NCBI GenBank assembly: GCA_963730185.1
Contig: CAVSQW010000012.1
Location: 192,001 to 256,000 of the forward strand
Length of the DNA: 64,000 bases
Direction: 5' to 3'
Source of the DNA: an uncultured Gemmatimonadales bacterium
Lineage (GTDB): Bacteria > Gemmatimonadota > Gemmatimonadetes > Gemmatimonadales > GWC2-71-9
Each line of letters starts with the position of its first letter. Position 1 is the stretch's first letter. Shown here in pieces: positions 50,542-60,454 of this stretch. The position numbers and the translations under genes are program-made. The notes beneath the pieces were generated by a model that was given only the letters and a program-made list of their open reading frames with translations, was not told the origin of the DNA and ran no database searches.

Positions 50542-51006
50542 TCACGTGGCGACGAACGGCTGGTCCGGCAATGGCGTCTGGAAACTCACGTTCAGCATGT
50601 TGAACGCGCGGATCGCGGCAACCGCGCAGCTGAGCTCCGTGATCTCCGGTTCCTGGAAATGCTCGCGCAGGTCGCGGAACTCGGCGTCGCTCGGAACCCG
50701 CTGCGGAATCGCGTTGACGGATTCGGCCCAGGCGAGTGCCGCACGCTCCCGCTCACTGAAGAAGCGGGGCGCGTCACGCCACCCCGCCACCGCATGGAGG
50801 TGGCGGACGTCGACGCCCAGGCGCGTGAGCGCCGCCGCGTGCATGTCGATGCAGAAGGCACATCCGTTGATCTGGGAGATGCGCAGCCTCGTCAACTCCA
50901 GCAGTCGCAGATCGAGCGACGGCGCGGCCGCGGCCGAGAAGGCGACGAGGGACTGCACCGACGCGGGGGCAGCGGCATAATAGTTCATGCGAGGTTCGTG
51001 GGTCAT
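50542..51006 (-). CDS. Carboxymuconolactone decarboxylase / AhpD-like protein
   Basis: RISQINGCAFCIDMH, FSERERAAL; AGGAG RBS. Confidence 0.92.
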   Translation of the reverse strand: MTHEPRMNYYAAAPASVQSLVAFSAAAAPSLDLRLLELTRLRISQINGCAFCIDMHAAALTRLGVDVRHLHAVAGWRDAPRFFSERERAALAWAESVNAIPQRVPSDAEFRDLREHFQEPEITELSCAVAAIRAFNMLNVSFQTPLPDQPFVAT

Positions 51007-51258
51007 GGAACGACTCCTGGGTGGTGGTCGATGTCGGGAGCAGGCCGCCCGATTCGGAATGCACTTGCCCGGGGTCTGGATTGCCGCCGCGCCAAGACGT
51101 GCGCCGGGCGTCTTGGGCCGCCGCTGGGGCGGGCACCCCACGCCTGAGGAACGGATCAGGATCGTGAGGCGGCGTGAGGTAGTCATTCGAGTCATCGTCC
51201 CTGGCGTGGTCATCGGGGCGTCGGCGGCCGACGCCCGGGCCGTGCATCTGCTGACTCA

Positions 51259-51284
51259 GACGCCGGAGGCCGTGGGGTGTGACA
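51259..51284 (-). promoter_or_regulatory. ECF41-type promoter upstream of the CMD/oxidoreductase genes
   Basis: TGTCACA-N15-CGTC. Confidence 0.7.
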
Positions 51285-51386
51285 TCCCCCCGCCTCGCTG
51301 CGCCGGTCGGCGGCCGCCCTCGAGGTACCCGCCGGGTGCTACGACGTGGCCGACGACCGGCCCGTCGGGGCGGCGCCCGGCGCTTC

Positions 51387-52265
51387 CTAGGTCACGTGCC
51401 GCAGCTTGTCGGGATTGAGGACTGCATAGAAGGCGTGGATGCTCTCACCGTCGGTAGCGATCGAGGTGGTGCAGAAGACCCGGCCGTCGAGATAGCGAAC
51501 CCAGGTCGGCTCGCCGTTGAGCCGGACGATCCGGTGCGTCACCAGCCCGCGGCCCTTCCGTTCGTACCCCAGCACCATCCGGGCGACCGACCGGGCGCCA
51601 CGCACGACCCGGCGCACCGCCCGCGTCTTGCCCCCCCCATCCGAGGTCCAGCTGACGTCCTCGGTGACGAGGCCGAGGACCGCGTCCTGGTCGTCCGTCT
51701 GGATCGCCACGAGGAATCGCCTGAGGAGCCGGCCGGCCGTGGCTTCGTCCACCGTGAACCGCTGGCGATCTTGCCGGACCCGCCCTCGCGCCCGGTGCAC
51801 GATCTGCCGGCAGGCGGGCTCGCTCCTCTCCAGCGCGTCGGCGATCGTCGCGTAGTCGCTGTCGAAGACGTCGCGCAGCAACAGGGCGGCGCGTTCCTCC
51901 GGGGCCAGCCGCTCGAGCATCAGCAGGAACGCCATGGACAGATCGGAGTCGAGCTCCGCCCGCTCATCCGACCGGGCCCACCGCGCGGTGGCGACTGGTT
52001 CGGGCAGCCACTCGCCGGGATAGGCCCCCCGCTCCGTGCGCGCCCGGCGGAGCCGGTCGATCGCGAGCCGGGTCGCCACCGTGACCAACCACCCCTCCGG
52101 CTCACGGATGGTCGCGGCATCGACGTCATGCCAGCGCAGGAACGCGTCCTGGACCACGTCCTCGCCGTCCTGGACCGAGCCGAGCATCCGGTAGGCGATC
52201 CCGAAAAGCCGGGGCCGGACGCGCTCGAAGGCGGCGGTGCGGTCGAGGAGCGAGGCCATCGTCAT
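51387..52265 (-). CDS. ECF sigma factor with SnoaL-like extension (ECF41/SigJ type)
   Basis: AYRMLGS, EDVVQD, YPGEWLPEP, SDGGGK, NPDKL. Confidence 0.92.
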   Translation of the reverse strand: MTMASLLDRTAAFERVRPRLFGIAYRMLGSVQDGEDVVQDAFLRWHDVDAATIREPEGWLVTVATRLAIDRLRRARTERGAYPGEWLPEPVATARWARSDERAELDSDLSMAFLLMLERLAPEERAALLLRDVFDSDYATIADALERSEPACRQIVHRARGRVRQDRQRFTVDEATAGRLLRRFLVAIQTDDQDAVLGLVTEDVSWTSDGGGKTRAVRRVVRGARSVARMVLGYERKGRGLVTHRIVRLNGEPTWVRYLDGRVFCTTSIATDGESIHAFYAVLNPDKLRHVT

Positions 52266-52273
52266 GCAGTATA

Positions 52274-52299
52274 GACGGGGCACACCGCGTCGTGTGACA
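52274..52299 (-). promoter_or_regulatory. ECF41-type promoter immediately upstream of the sigma gene
   Basis: TGTCACA-N15-CGTC, 8 nt before ATG 52265. Confidence 0.7.
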
Positions 52300-52509
52300 G
52301 CGGGCGACGGCGGGCACAACTGCCCGGGATTGCGGCACCTTTGCCCGGCCGTTCACCGGTCTGCCCGGATGAACCGGCGGGCGACCGCGGGGTCCTCGCG
52401 TGGCCCGATGAGACCGCCTCGGGGAGGATTGCTCATCGACGGTCCGGCGGCCTGGTCAACGCCCCGGTCCTGAGGGACGGGCATGGCGCGAGGACCGTCC
52501 AAGTCGGCG

Positions 52510-53774
52510 TCATGTCGCGCGGGTGAGACGGCATCGTCCGCGCTGACGCCGATGACTACGCCTTGAGGGCGCGAAAGCAACCTGGAGGGCCGCTTCGCGG
52601 GCCATGTACTGCTTCGTGAGCGAGCCGCCGAGGAGCCGCGCGAGCGGCGTCAGCGGGCCGGAGAACCGGATCTCCAGCGTCAGGCGGGTGAACCCATAGG
52701 GCGAGTGAGTCGGTGGTCGGCCAGCACGCGGACCCCGGACGAGCGCGTCACCCATGAGAAGGCGCGAAGCGGCTCCAACCCGACCACCGTCCAGACGGCG
52801 GGCCGAAACTTGGGCTGGGTGATCCGGTAGCTCGCGCCCGGTGCCAGCTCCGCCGGGCCCAGCGGCTCGACCGAAATCATGGTCGGAAGCCAGTCCGGCC
52901 AATGCTGAACGTCCGCCAGCATTGGCCAGATCCGCTTCGGCGGCGCGGCGATCAGGTCGCTCGCGATGTACGGGGCGTTCCGGCTCGGGGCGTAGGCGGT
53001 CGGCACCAGCGCCGGCACCCGTTCCCGGTAGCGCTCGTAGACCTCGCCCAGCTGGCGCCGGAGCGCCCGCTCCTCGAAGTACACGCCGACCAGCACGTAG
53101 GCCGAGAGCCCCGCGTTGAAGAGCAGCCGTCCCACCGTCAGGTCGGGCGTGGCCCAGAGACCGACCAGGACGCCGGTCATGATCGGGTGGCGGTCGAACC
53201 GGTACATCCAGCGCTCGCGGAACGGCACCGGGACGGGCGGCCGGTCCCGAAAGCCGCGCCAGCTCTGCTGGAGCCCGAAGAGCTCGAAGTGGTCGATGGC
53301 GAACGTCGCCAGGAACAGGTAGGCCCACCCCAGGAGGGCGAGGCCGGTCAACACTCCCCGCGCCACCGGCGAGCGCACCGACCACACCGCCGCCGGGAGC
53401 GGCTGCCAGAGCAAGATCAGCGGCAGCAGCACCAGACCGGTCGCAAGCAGGAAGGTCGAGCGCTCCATCGACGGATGGATGATCCGGGTCCAGCGCTCCT
53501 TGAACCCCGCCCGCGCCATCACGCTGTGCTGAAGGCCGAACAGCGCCAGCAACCCGAGGTTGGAGAGCACCGCGCCGACCGGGTTGGCGACGCGGACCGG
53601 GCCGCCGGTGAAGGGCACGACACCGAGGCTGACCAGGATCAGCAGCAGCAAGGTCGCGAAGCCCACCGCGTACGACCCGATCCCATAGGCCAGGATCCCG
53701 ATCCGGGGGAAGAGTCGGGTACTTGATAATACCGACCGGTCGGTATGGGTGGCAGCAAGACCACGGGCAGTCAT
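52510..53774 (-). CDS. MddA-like membrane methyltransferase fused to an SRPBCC domain; frameshift near 52705
   Basis: FGLQHSVMAR..FK..WT, ERST, IDHFELFGL, RHP, EER; then APPKRIW...DVQHWPDW; tail TRLTLEIRFSGPL in a shifted frame. Confidence 0.78.
53729..53746. promoter_or_regulatory. Palindromic TetR-type operator inside the 5' coding region
   Basis: Perfect 18-bp palindrome ataccgaccggtcggtat. Confidence 0.7.
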
Positions 53775-53789
53775 GCGAATTCTCTCCTT

Positions 53790-54404
53790 CTAGTCCCGGC
53801 GGGACCGTTTGGGGGAAGCGCCCGGCGGCCCGGCCTGGGCGCGGAGCATGGCAGCGTAGCGGCGAAGCCGGGGGCCGAGGCGCCCGGGATCGCGGTGAGC
53901 CCGAGCGAGCACCACCGCGCCCTCGATGAACGCGAGCAGATCCTCGGCCACCGAGGTCGGGCTCAGGCCCGACATGGGAAGGGCGCGCACGTAGGGCTCG
54001 GCCAGCGACCCCACCATCCCGGCAAGCTCGTCGAACTGCCGGGCGACGTGGCTCTGCAGCTCATCGCTCGCCAGGGCCATCTCGGTGGCCAGCGCGCCGA
54101 TCAGGCAGCCGTTCTCCCAGAGCTGCTCGGCCCGATCGGCCAGGCGCTCCACGAAGAGCGGCAGCCGCTCGGCCGGCGGGGCCTCGGCGACGTCGATCGA
54201 CTGAATCACCTCGAGGCCACGGTGGTAGAAGCGCTCCAGCGCGGCGACGGCCAGCTCTTCCTTGCTCCGGAAGGAGTGGTAGAAGGCACCCTTGCTGACG
54301 CCCGCCTCGGCGCAGATGGCGTCGATGCCCGTCGCCGAGTAGCCCTGGCGGAGCATCAGCTCCATCCCGGCGGAAACCAGTCGTCCCTGCACGTCGCTCG
54401 CCAT
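53790..54404 (-). CDS. TetR/AcrR-family regulator
   Basis: GYSATGIDAICAEAGVSKGAFYHSFRSKEEL; GCLIG. Confidence 0.92.
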   Translation of the reverse strand: MASDVQGRLVSAGMELMLRQGYSATGIDAICAEAGVSKGAFYHSFRSKEELAVAALERFYHRGLEVIQSIDVAEAPPAERLPLFVERLADRAEQLWENGCLIGALATEMALASDELQSHVARQFDELAGMVGSLAEPYVRALPMSGLSPTSVAEDLLAFIEGAVVLARAHRDPGRLGPRLRRYAAMLRAQAGPPGASPKRSRRD

Positions 54405-54411
54405 GGCCATC

Positions 54412-54456
54412 ACTCTAGCGCCGGCCAGGCGGAATGTCAAACCGACCGGTCGGTAT
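54412..54456 (-). promoter_or_regulatory. tetR promoter and adjacent operator
   Basis: TTGACA(54440-35)-N17-TAGAGT(54417-12); accgaccggtcggt at 54441-54454. Confidence 0.75.
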
Positions 54457-54655
54457 GGTATGTTGAACGCCCGTTCAAGGCTTCCCCGCCCGGGGCGGAT
54501 CCTCGGGCGGCGGGAGTCCGCCAAGTACGTCCGCCAGTAGTCTCGACCTGGCGCCCGACGATGGCCTCATCCTGCGGCACCTCCGGACGAACCTCGTACC
54601 GGAACGAGGGTCGTGTCATCACGGGGATTCCTGCTCGGAGAAACGGGGGGTAGTG

Positions 54656-54913
54656 TCAAGCGAGGCCCGGGTCGGCGGTGGCGCCGCAGCCCTGGCAGAA
54701 CTTGTCGCCCGGAAAGACCGCCCCGCCGCACCCCGGACAGCTGGTGATCCGGGCGTGGGCGCCGGTCCGGACGGCCATCATCATCCGGGTCTCGCGCCGC
54801 GGAGCATCCGTCGGAGGCGGTGGGGCGGCGCCCACCGGCTCGCCGCATCCGACGCAGTAGACGTCATCAGCGTAGAGCGGCGTCCCGCAATGAGCGCAAG
54901 GCACGGCGGTCAT
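54656..54913 (-). CDS. Double zinc-ribbon protein
   Basis: CAHCG...YCVGCG and CPGCG...FCQGCG. Confidence 0.8.
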   Translation of the reverse strand: MTAVPCAHCGTPLYADDVYCVGCGEPVGAAPPPPTDAPRRETRMMMAVRTGAHARITSCPGCGGAVFPGDKFCQGCGATADPGLA

Positions 54914-55061
54914 GGGCGGTCGACCTGTCTCGAGGAACGATGTCGCGATTGACGACAAGATAGCCCGTTCGGTGGGGCGCCGAGTTGGCGCCGCGTCAGG
55001 ATCAGCGCTGCGACGGGTCGGGAGCGTAGCGGACGGCCGGCCAACGGGAGTACCCTATGCG

Positions 55062-56093
55062 ATGCTTCCTATCGCCCTGGCGACCGCCTTGCTGGCGCTC
55101 TCGTCCACCGGATCCGGCCCGGCCTGCCCGAGCTGCACCCTCGAGCTCCGGCACATGACCACGCTCGGGGCCGACCGGCGGCTGGCGCTGGCCGATCCGT
55201 CGTACGTGTTCCTCCGGGACGGACGGGGCCACTACCTGGTGGGAGACGGCCACTACGTAACCGAGCTCCTGGAGTTCGACGCCGCCGGCCGATTCGTCGC
55301 CGTCCGGGCGGGCGGCGGCCCCGGGGCGTTCGAGGGCGTCCGGGCTCTCTACCGCTGGCGGGCCGACAGCGTGCTGGCGTTGGACCAGACGATAGGCCGG
55401 CTACTGGTGTTGACGCCGGAGTTGGGCGTCGCCCGATCGGCCCCGTTTCCCGAGCCGAGCATTGGCGACCCCGCCCTGCTCGCCGACGGGCGCCTTCTGG
55501 TCTGGGAGCTGGGCCGCGAGGGCAATCGGGTCCGGACGGTGCCGGTCGACGGCCAGGCCGGGGCGACCATCGACAGCCTCCCGGCCCGGCTCGGGATGGC
55601 TCCCCGACTCCTGGCTCCGGCGTCGGAGGGAGGCTTCTGGCTAGGGCGGATGGATCGCTACGACTTCGAGCTCCGGCAGGCCGACGGGCCGGTGGCCCGC
55701 CGGGTGACCCGGGCGGCGCCGTGGATGGAGGGCGCCGACGGGCCGATCGGCCTGCCCACCACCATCCGGCCCAACCCCAGGATCGTGGCCCTTCAGGACG
55801 ACGGCGAGCGCCTCTGGGTCTGGGGCTTCGTCGCGGCGCCGGGTTGGGCCCCGACCGCCACCTCGGCCGAGCCGTTGGGCGGGTCAGGGCTCCCGAGCGC
55901 CACCGAGCTGACCCAGCTGTTCGACACGATCGTGGAGGTGCTCGATCGAGGCACCGGCGAACTGGTGGCCTCGACCCGGCTGGCGGGCGCCTATCTCGCC
56001 ACGGAGGAGCCCGGGTGGGCGACGAGGGCCGTGCGGGCCTCGGGCGGACGAAGCGAGATCGAGGTCGTGCGCCTCGGACTGACGATTCCCTGA
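55062..56093 (+). CDS. Secreted 6-bladed beta-propeller-type protein
   Basis: Signal peptide; CPSC; GGGPGAFE; FDTIVEVLD. Confidence 0.75.
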   Translation: MLPIALATALLALSSTGSGPACPSCTLELRHMTTLGADRRLALADPSYVFLRDGRGHYLVGDGHYVTELLEFDAAGRFVAVRAGGGPGAFEGVRALYRWRADSVLALDQTIGRLLVLTPELGVARSAPFPEPSIGDPALLADGRLLVWELGREGNRVRTVPVDGQAGATIDSLPARLGMAPRLLAPASEGGFWLGRMDRYDFELRQADGPVARRVTRAAPWMEGADGPIGLPTTIRPNPRIVALQDDGERLWVWGFVAAPGWAPTATSAEPLGGSGLPSATELTQLFDTIVEVLDRGTGELVASTRLAGAYLATEEPGWATRAVRASGGRSEIEVVRLGLTIP

Positions 56094-56182
56094 CACATTA
56101 GCCCGGGAGGCCTGTAGCAGTAGCGGTTTAGACTGCACGGGAGGCTCGACAACGATGCGTCCGACCGCATCCGGGCAGAACG

Positions 56183-56236
56183 GTCTTCTTCGTCGAGACC
56201 CCGGTCTTCACGGCGGAGATCCGTGCCCTGCTGCCG
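56183..56236 (+). pseudogene. N-terminal remnant of a RelE/HigB-type toxin
   Basis: VFFVETPVFTAEIRALLP resembles the HigB2-like start F-I/V-E-T-P-x-F. Confidence 0.5.
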
Positions 56237-56891
56237 GGGTGGCGCGATCGCGGCCGCGTTCTACAACGCCTATCCATCGCGGGTCCTCGGCCTGGTGCTG
56301 GAGGATGGCGGATCCTTGAGCTTCCAGAAGGTCAATGACCAAAAGCGCGACGACCAGCTCAGCGCCTGGCTGCCTCCCGACGACTCGGTTCGAAAGCCGG
56401 CTTCATTCGGGTCGGCTCGCGATGCGTTCGTCGCCGCAATCGACGGGAGTCCGGCGCTCGAACGGGACGACGCCGTGTGGGCACTGCAGACCTACGCTAC
56501 GCTCAGTCAAGGCGACGACGGCCGGTGGATGATCAATCGGGGTCTTTCGGAGTGGCTGGAACAGGACAGCCGCCCCCATCTGCTCAATCTCTTCAGGCGG
56601 CCCTCGCTCACGCCGCTCTTTCAGTGGTCGGTCGCGGCGGTCATCCCGGCGGTCATCTTCCGGAATCTCGACGTGCTCATGCTGATCATCGATCCGGTCC
56701 GGGACGGCGACGAGTTCCCGGCGACCGATCAGAATCAGCAACTCCAACGCGCCCATCCCTCGCTGGTGACGCATCGGACCTACCAGAACACCAGTCACGC
56801 GGCAAAGCTGGAGCGCCCCGAATGGTTTCTGCGGGACGTAGGGGAGTTCATCGACCGGATCAAGGGAGGGGGCCACCTGCGGCCCAAGTAG
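56223..56891 (+). pseudogene. 5'-truncated alpha/beta hydrolase
   Basis: Begins at GGAIAA..Y..YP.RV.GLVLEDG (just after the nucleophile elbow); ends TSH...ERPEWF. Confidence 0.65.
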
Positions 56892-57437
56892 CCACATCGG
56901 GAGTTTGCTGGACCGCTTCACCCGGCCTGGCGTTGTCGTCGCCATCCAGTAGCAGAGAGGCGGCCGCTCGATGTTCCTCGCCGCGGCCCGTTCCCGGCGT
57001 TAGGCGTCATCGTCCGTCTGTGGGGCGATCTCCCGCCCGGGCTCTCGCCGGCTCCCGCGGACCGGGCACCGTTCCCGGCGTATCGAAGCTGGTGGGTCCG
57101 ATGGTTCTGGCCGACCGCGATCCCCACGCCCCCTACCGAGGCGGAGCTCAGAGACATCAGCCGGGCCGACGGTGCGGGCACCAGCTCCCGCCAAGGGATC
57201 CCTCAAATGGCTCGCGATCCCATCGTCAGGGTTGATGGTAGCCGCGACCCGGGCGGTGCCCGTGCTCCCGTCCGTGTCGCGCTGATGCTGGGCCTAGGTG
57301 GTTGCCCGGGGGCCGGGCGATCTTCTGCAGGAAGTAGCCGATTACCCGGCGGACAGATAGGGTTTAAGGGAGGCAGGCCGTCGGCAGGGGGTGTCACCTG
57401 CGGGCCCAATACTTGTTAGGCGAATAAGAGACAGGAT

Positions 57438-58421
57438 ATGCTGACCATTTTCACCACCTTGGCCGATTGGCTTGCGTTTGCGCTCCTTGGCTTGGTGCCG
57501 GGCTCAAAGCTAGGTGGTGCAGTCCACTTTTTCATCGAGGATACGACCAAGATATTCTTTCTCTTGGTCGCGATGATCTACGTCATTGCCCTTGTTCGTG
57601 CATCTCTAGACATTGAAAGAGTTCGCAACTATCTGGCCAGGAAGAACAAGTTTATCGGCTATTTCATGGGGTCGATATTCGGAGCGCTAACACCGTTTTG
57701 CTCGTGTTCAAGTATTCCGGTCTTCCTTGGTTTTACATCGGGAGGCATTCCCGTTGGGATAACGATGTCGTTTCTCTTGACGTCGCCGCTGATCAATGAA
57801 GTGGCCGTCCTGCTCTTGTTGAGCTTGGTGGGATGGCACATAACCCTCATCTATGTACTCGTTGGGATGGTGGTCGGCATCACAGGCGGCATATTTCTTG
57901 ACCTTATCCATGCCGAAAGACTCCTACAACCCTTTGCGCTCAAGGCCTATCAATCGGCAAAGCCCGCAGTCGGCAATGACGCAAGCGGACCAACCATTTC
58001 CTTGAGAGATCGGCACGCCTTCGCCAAACGAGAGTTGCTGGACATCTTGAGTCGTGTGTGGAAATGGGTCTTCATAGGTGTGGGCCTTGGCGCTGCATTA
58101 CACGGCTTTGTGCCGGTTTCCTGGATCCAGGCGAACCTTGGAAGCGGGCAATGGTGGTCTGTTCCTTTGGCCGTCCTCCTCGGTATTCCGCTCTACTCAA
58201 ATGCCACCGGTGTCATTCCTGTCATGGAGAGCTTGATCGCCAAAGGCCTGCCGGTCGGCACCACCTTGGCATTCTGCATGAGCACCGTAGCCGCCAGTTT
58301 CCCGGAATTCATATTGCTGAAGCAGGTTATGACCTGGAGGTTGCTTGCGACTATTTTTGTGCTCCTGCTTGCATCCTTTACCGTGGTGGGGTGGACCCTG
58401 AATGCCATTCATTTCAATTAG
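57438..58421 (+). CDS. ArsP/DUF318-family permease
   Basis: TPFCSCSSIP, PLINE, IPLYSNA; multiple TM segments. Confidence 0.9.
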   Translation: MLTIFTTLADWLAFALLGLVPGSKLGGAVHFFIEDTTKIFFLLVAMIYVIALVRASLDIERVRNYLARKNKFIGYFMGSIFGALTPFCSCSSIPVFLGFTSGGIPVGITMSFLLTSPLINEVAVLLLLSLVGWHITLIYVLVGMVVGITGGIFLDLIHAERLLQPFALKAYQSAKPAVGNDASGPTISLRDRHAFAKRELLDILSRVWKWVFIGVGLGAALHGFVPVSWIQANLGSGQWWSVPLAVLLGIPLYSNATGVIPVMESLIAKGLPVGTTLAFCMSTVAASFPEFILLKQVMTWRLLATIFVLLLASFTVVGWTLNAIHFN

Positions 58422-58430
58422 GAGATGCCA

Positions 58431-58664
58431 ATGAAGGAAATACTGGTGTTAGGCAGCGGTTGCGCCAAGTGCGTCAAGACGGCGGCATTCATTCAATCGG
58501 TTGCTACCGAATTCAGCATTCCCGTCAATGTGGTCAAGGAAACCAGTCCGGAAGTGATCATGAGCTATGGAGTAATGAGTACGCCAGCCGTCGTTGTCGA
58601 CAATACTTTAGTGTACTCGGGGTCCATTCCCGATAGAAAGACAGTGGAAGGTTGGCTGAAATAG
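58431..58664 (+). CDS. Small redox-active disulfide (thioredoxin-family) protein
   Basis: VLGSGCAKC, YGVMSTPA; GGAG RBS. Confidence 0.9.
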   Translation: MKEILVLGSGCAKCVKTAAFIQSVATEFSIPVNVVKETSPEVIMSYGVMSTPAVVVDNTLVYSGSIPDRKTVEGWLK

Positions 58665-58984
58665 GCAACAAGGCTCGTCGAGGTGATCAAACGCCTGCCG
58701 GACGAGGCGCCGCGCCGCCTGCTCCTGGTCGGTCCGGCCTGATAGCTCCCACCCCGCCCAGTCGGTATCTTTCCACCCAGGTGATCTGGTGGTACCGCAT
58801 GGTCGACGTCTTTCTTGGGGCGGAGACTCGAAGTCTTCGGTATCCTGGGTCACCCTTCCATTGCGCCTCGGTGTTGCACTGAGAAACATGAGCCGAGGTC
58901 CCGAGTTTCCCTTCCAAAGCCGCGGCCGCGGCTGACGGCACGTCGTTCGGCGGGCAAACATCTCGGGTCTGATGAGGGATCGCA

Positions 58985-60454
58985 ATGAACGGAAGGTTGG
59001 TGTGTGCTGCCGTTGCCGCCATGCTCGCGCCGCCGGCCCATGTCCCGGTGGCGATGGCGACGTGCGCGGTTTCGGGAAGTCGACAAGGCGCCTCGGTGAA
59101 CGACATCGTTGTGCTGCACGGCCGCGTCATGGATCCTGCGTCGGGGCTCGATGCCATCCGTTCCATCGGGATCTCTGGAGGGAGGATCTGCACGATCAGC
59201 GCCCGCGCACTCGTGGGCCGAGACACTGTTGATGCGCGTGGGATGGTGGTGGCGCCGGGCTTCATCGATCTGCATCAGCATGCGCAGGATGAGGCCGCCT
59301 ACCGAGTCGAGGCGCTGGATGGGACGACGACGGCGCTGGAGCTGGAAGGGGGAACAGCCGACGTCGCCGGGTGGTACCGGGAGCGGGAGGGTCGGTCGCT
59401 GATCAACTACGGCGTCAGCATTGGGCACGAGCAGGTAAGAATGCTGGTGATGGGCGACAGCGGCGTCAACGTGCCGATCGGGCCGGCCAAGCTGCGCGGC
59501 GCGACGGACGAGGAGCTTGCGGCCATCATCCAAAAGATGGCCCAGGGGATGAACGAAGGGGCGGTGGCCGCGGGGCTGCTGCTGGAGTCGACTCCGGCGG
59601 CGCGTCCGTGGGAGATCATCAAGATATTCCGCCTGGCGGCGGCGTACGGAGCGAGCGTGCATGTCCACCTGCGCGGGCTTGCGGAGCCATATTACTTCCT
59701 GGAGACCGAGGAAGTGATCGGCGCATCAGCCGCCACGGGAGCAGCTGCCCACATTGTGCATATCCAGAGCTCCGGCGGCGAGGACACCCCACGCATGCTC
59801 GAGCTCGTCCGCGGCGCTCGGCTCCGCGGGCTCGACATCACCACCGAGGTGTATCCGTACACCGCATCGATGGAGGAGATCGATGGGGCGGGAAACGACC
59901 GGTGGGAGTCGTGGTCCGACAAGCGATTTACCCGCTACGAATGGCCCGCCACGGGCGAGCGGCTGACCCGGGAGTCGTTTGGCCGGTACCGGAAGCTGGG
60001 CGGGTTCGTGGTGGACTACGACAATACCGAAGACGTGGTCACGGCGGCCGTGGCGGATCCGCTCACGATGATTGCGAGCGACGGGATTCTCCACGGCGAG
60101 ATCGGGCATCCGCGGGTCGCCGGGACATTTGCCCGGGTGCTGGGACACTACGTCCGTGAGACCCAGACGTTGACGCTGATGGATGCGCTGCGGAAGATGA
60201 CCATCGAGCCGGCACGCCGGTTGGAGAAGCGGGTGCCAGCGATGGTACGCAAAGGCCGGATCCAGGCCGGGGCCGATGCGGACTTGGTGATCTTCAACCC
60301 CGGCCAGATCATCGACCGCGCCACCTACCGCGAGCCGACGCTTCCTCCGCTGGGCCTCAGAGACGTATTGGTCAATGGCACCGCGGTTGTACGGGCTGGC
60401 AGGTTGCAGGCTGGCGTGCTCCCGGGCCGGGCGGTGCGCGCCCCCACACGATGA
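58985..60454 (+). CDS. D-aminoacylase-like amidohydrolase
   Basis: VAPGFIDLHQH, EVYPYTA, ASDG, HPR..GTF.RVLG, GADAD. Confidence 0.88.
   Translation: MNGRLVCAAVAAMLAPPAHVPVAMATCAVSGSRQGASVNDIVVLHGRVMDPASGLDAIRSIGISGGRICTISARALVGRDTVDARGMVVAPGFIDLHQHAQDEAAYRVEALDGTTTALELEGGTADVAGWYREREGRSLINYGVSIGHEQVRMLVMGDSGVNVPIGPAKLRGATDEELAAIIQKMAQGMNEGAVAAGLLLESTPAARPWEIIKIFRLAAAYGASVHVHLRGLAEPYYFLETEEVIGASAATGAAAHIVHIQSSGGEDTPRMLELVRGARLRGLDITTEVYPYTASMEEIDGAGNDRWESWSDKRFTRYEWPATGERLTRESFGRYRKLGGFVVDYDNTEDVVTAAVADPLTMIASDGILHGEIGHPRVAGTFARVLGHYVRETQTLTLMDALRKMTIEPARRLEKRVPAMVRKGRIQAGADADLVIFNPGQIIDRATYREPTLPPLGLRDVLVNGTAVVRAGRLQAGVLPGRAVRAPTR

Noticed and set aside
58680..58880. Possible IS6 transposase scrap (WWYRMVDVF)
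   Set aside because: Too short and weak; no terminal repeats seen
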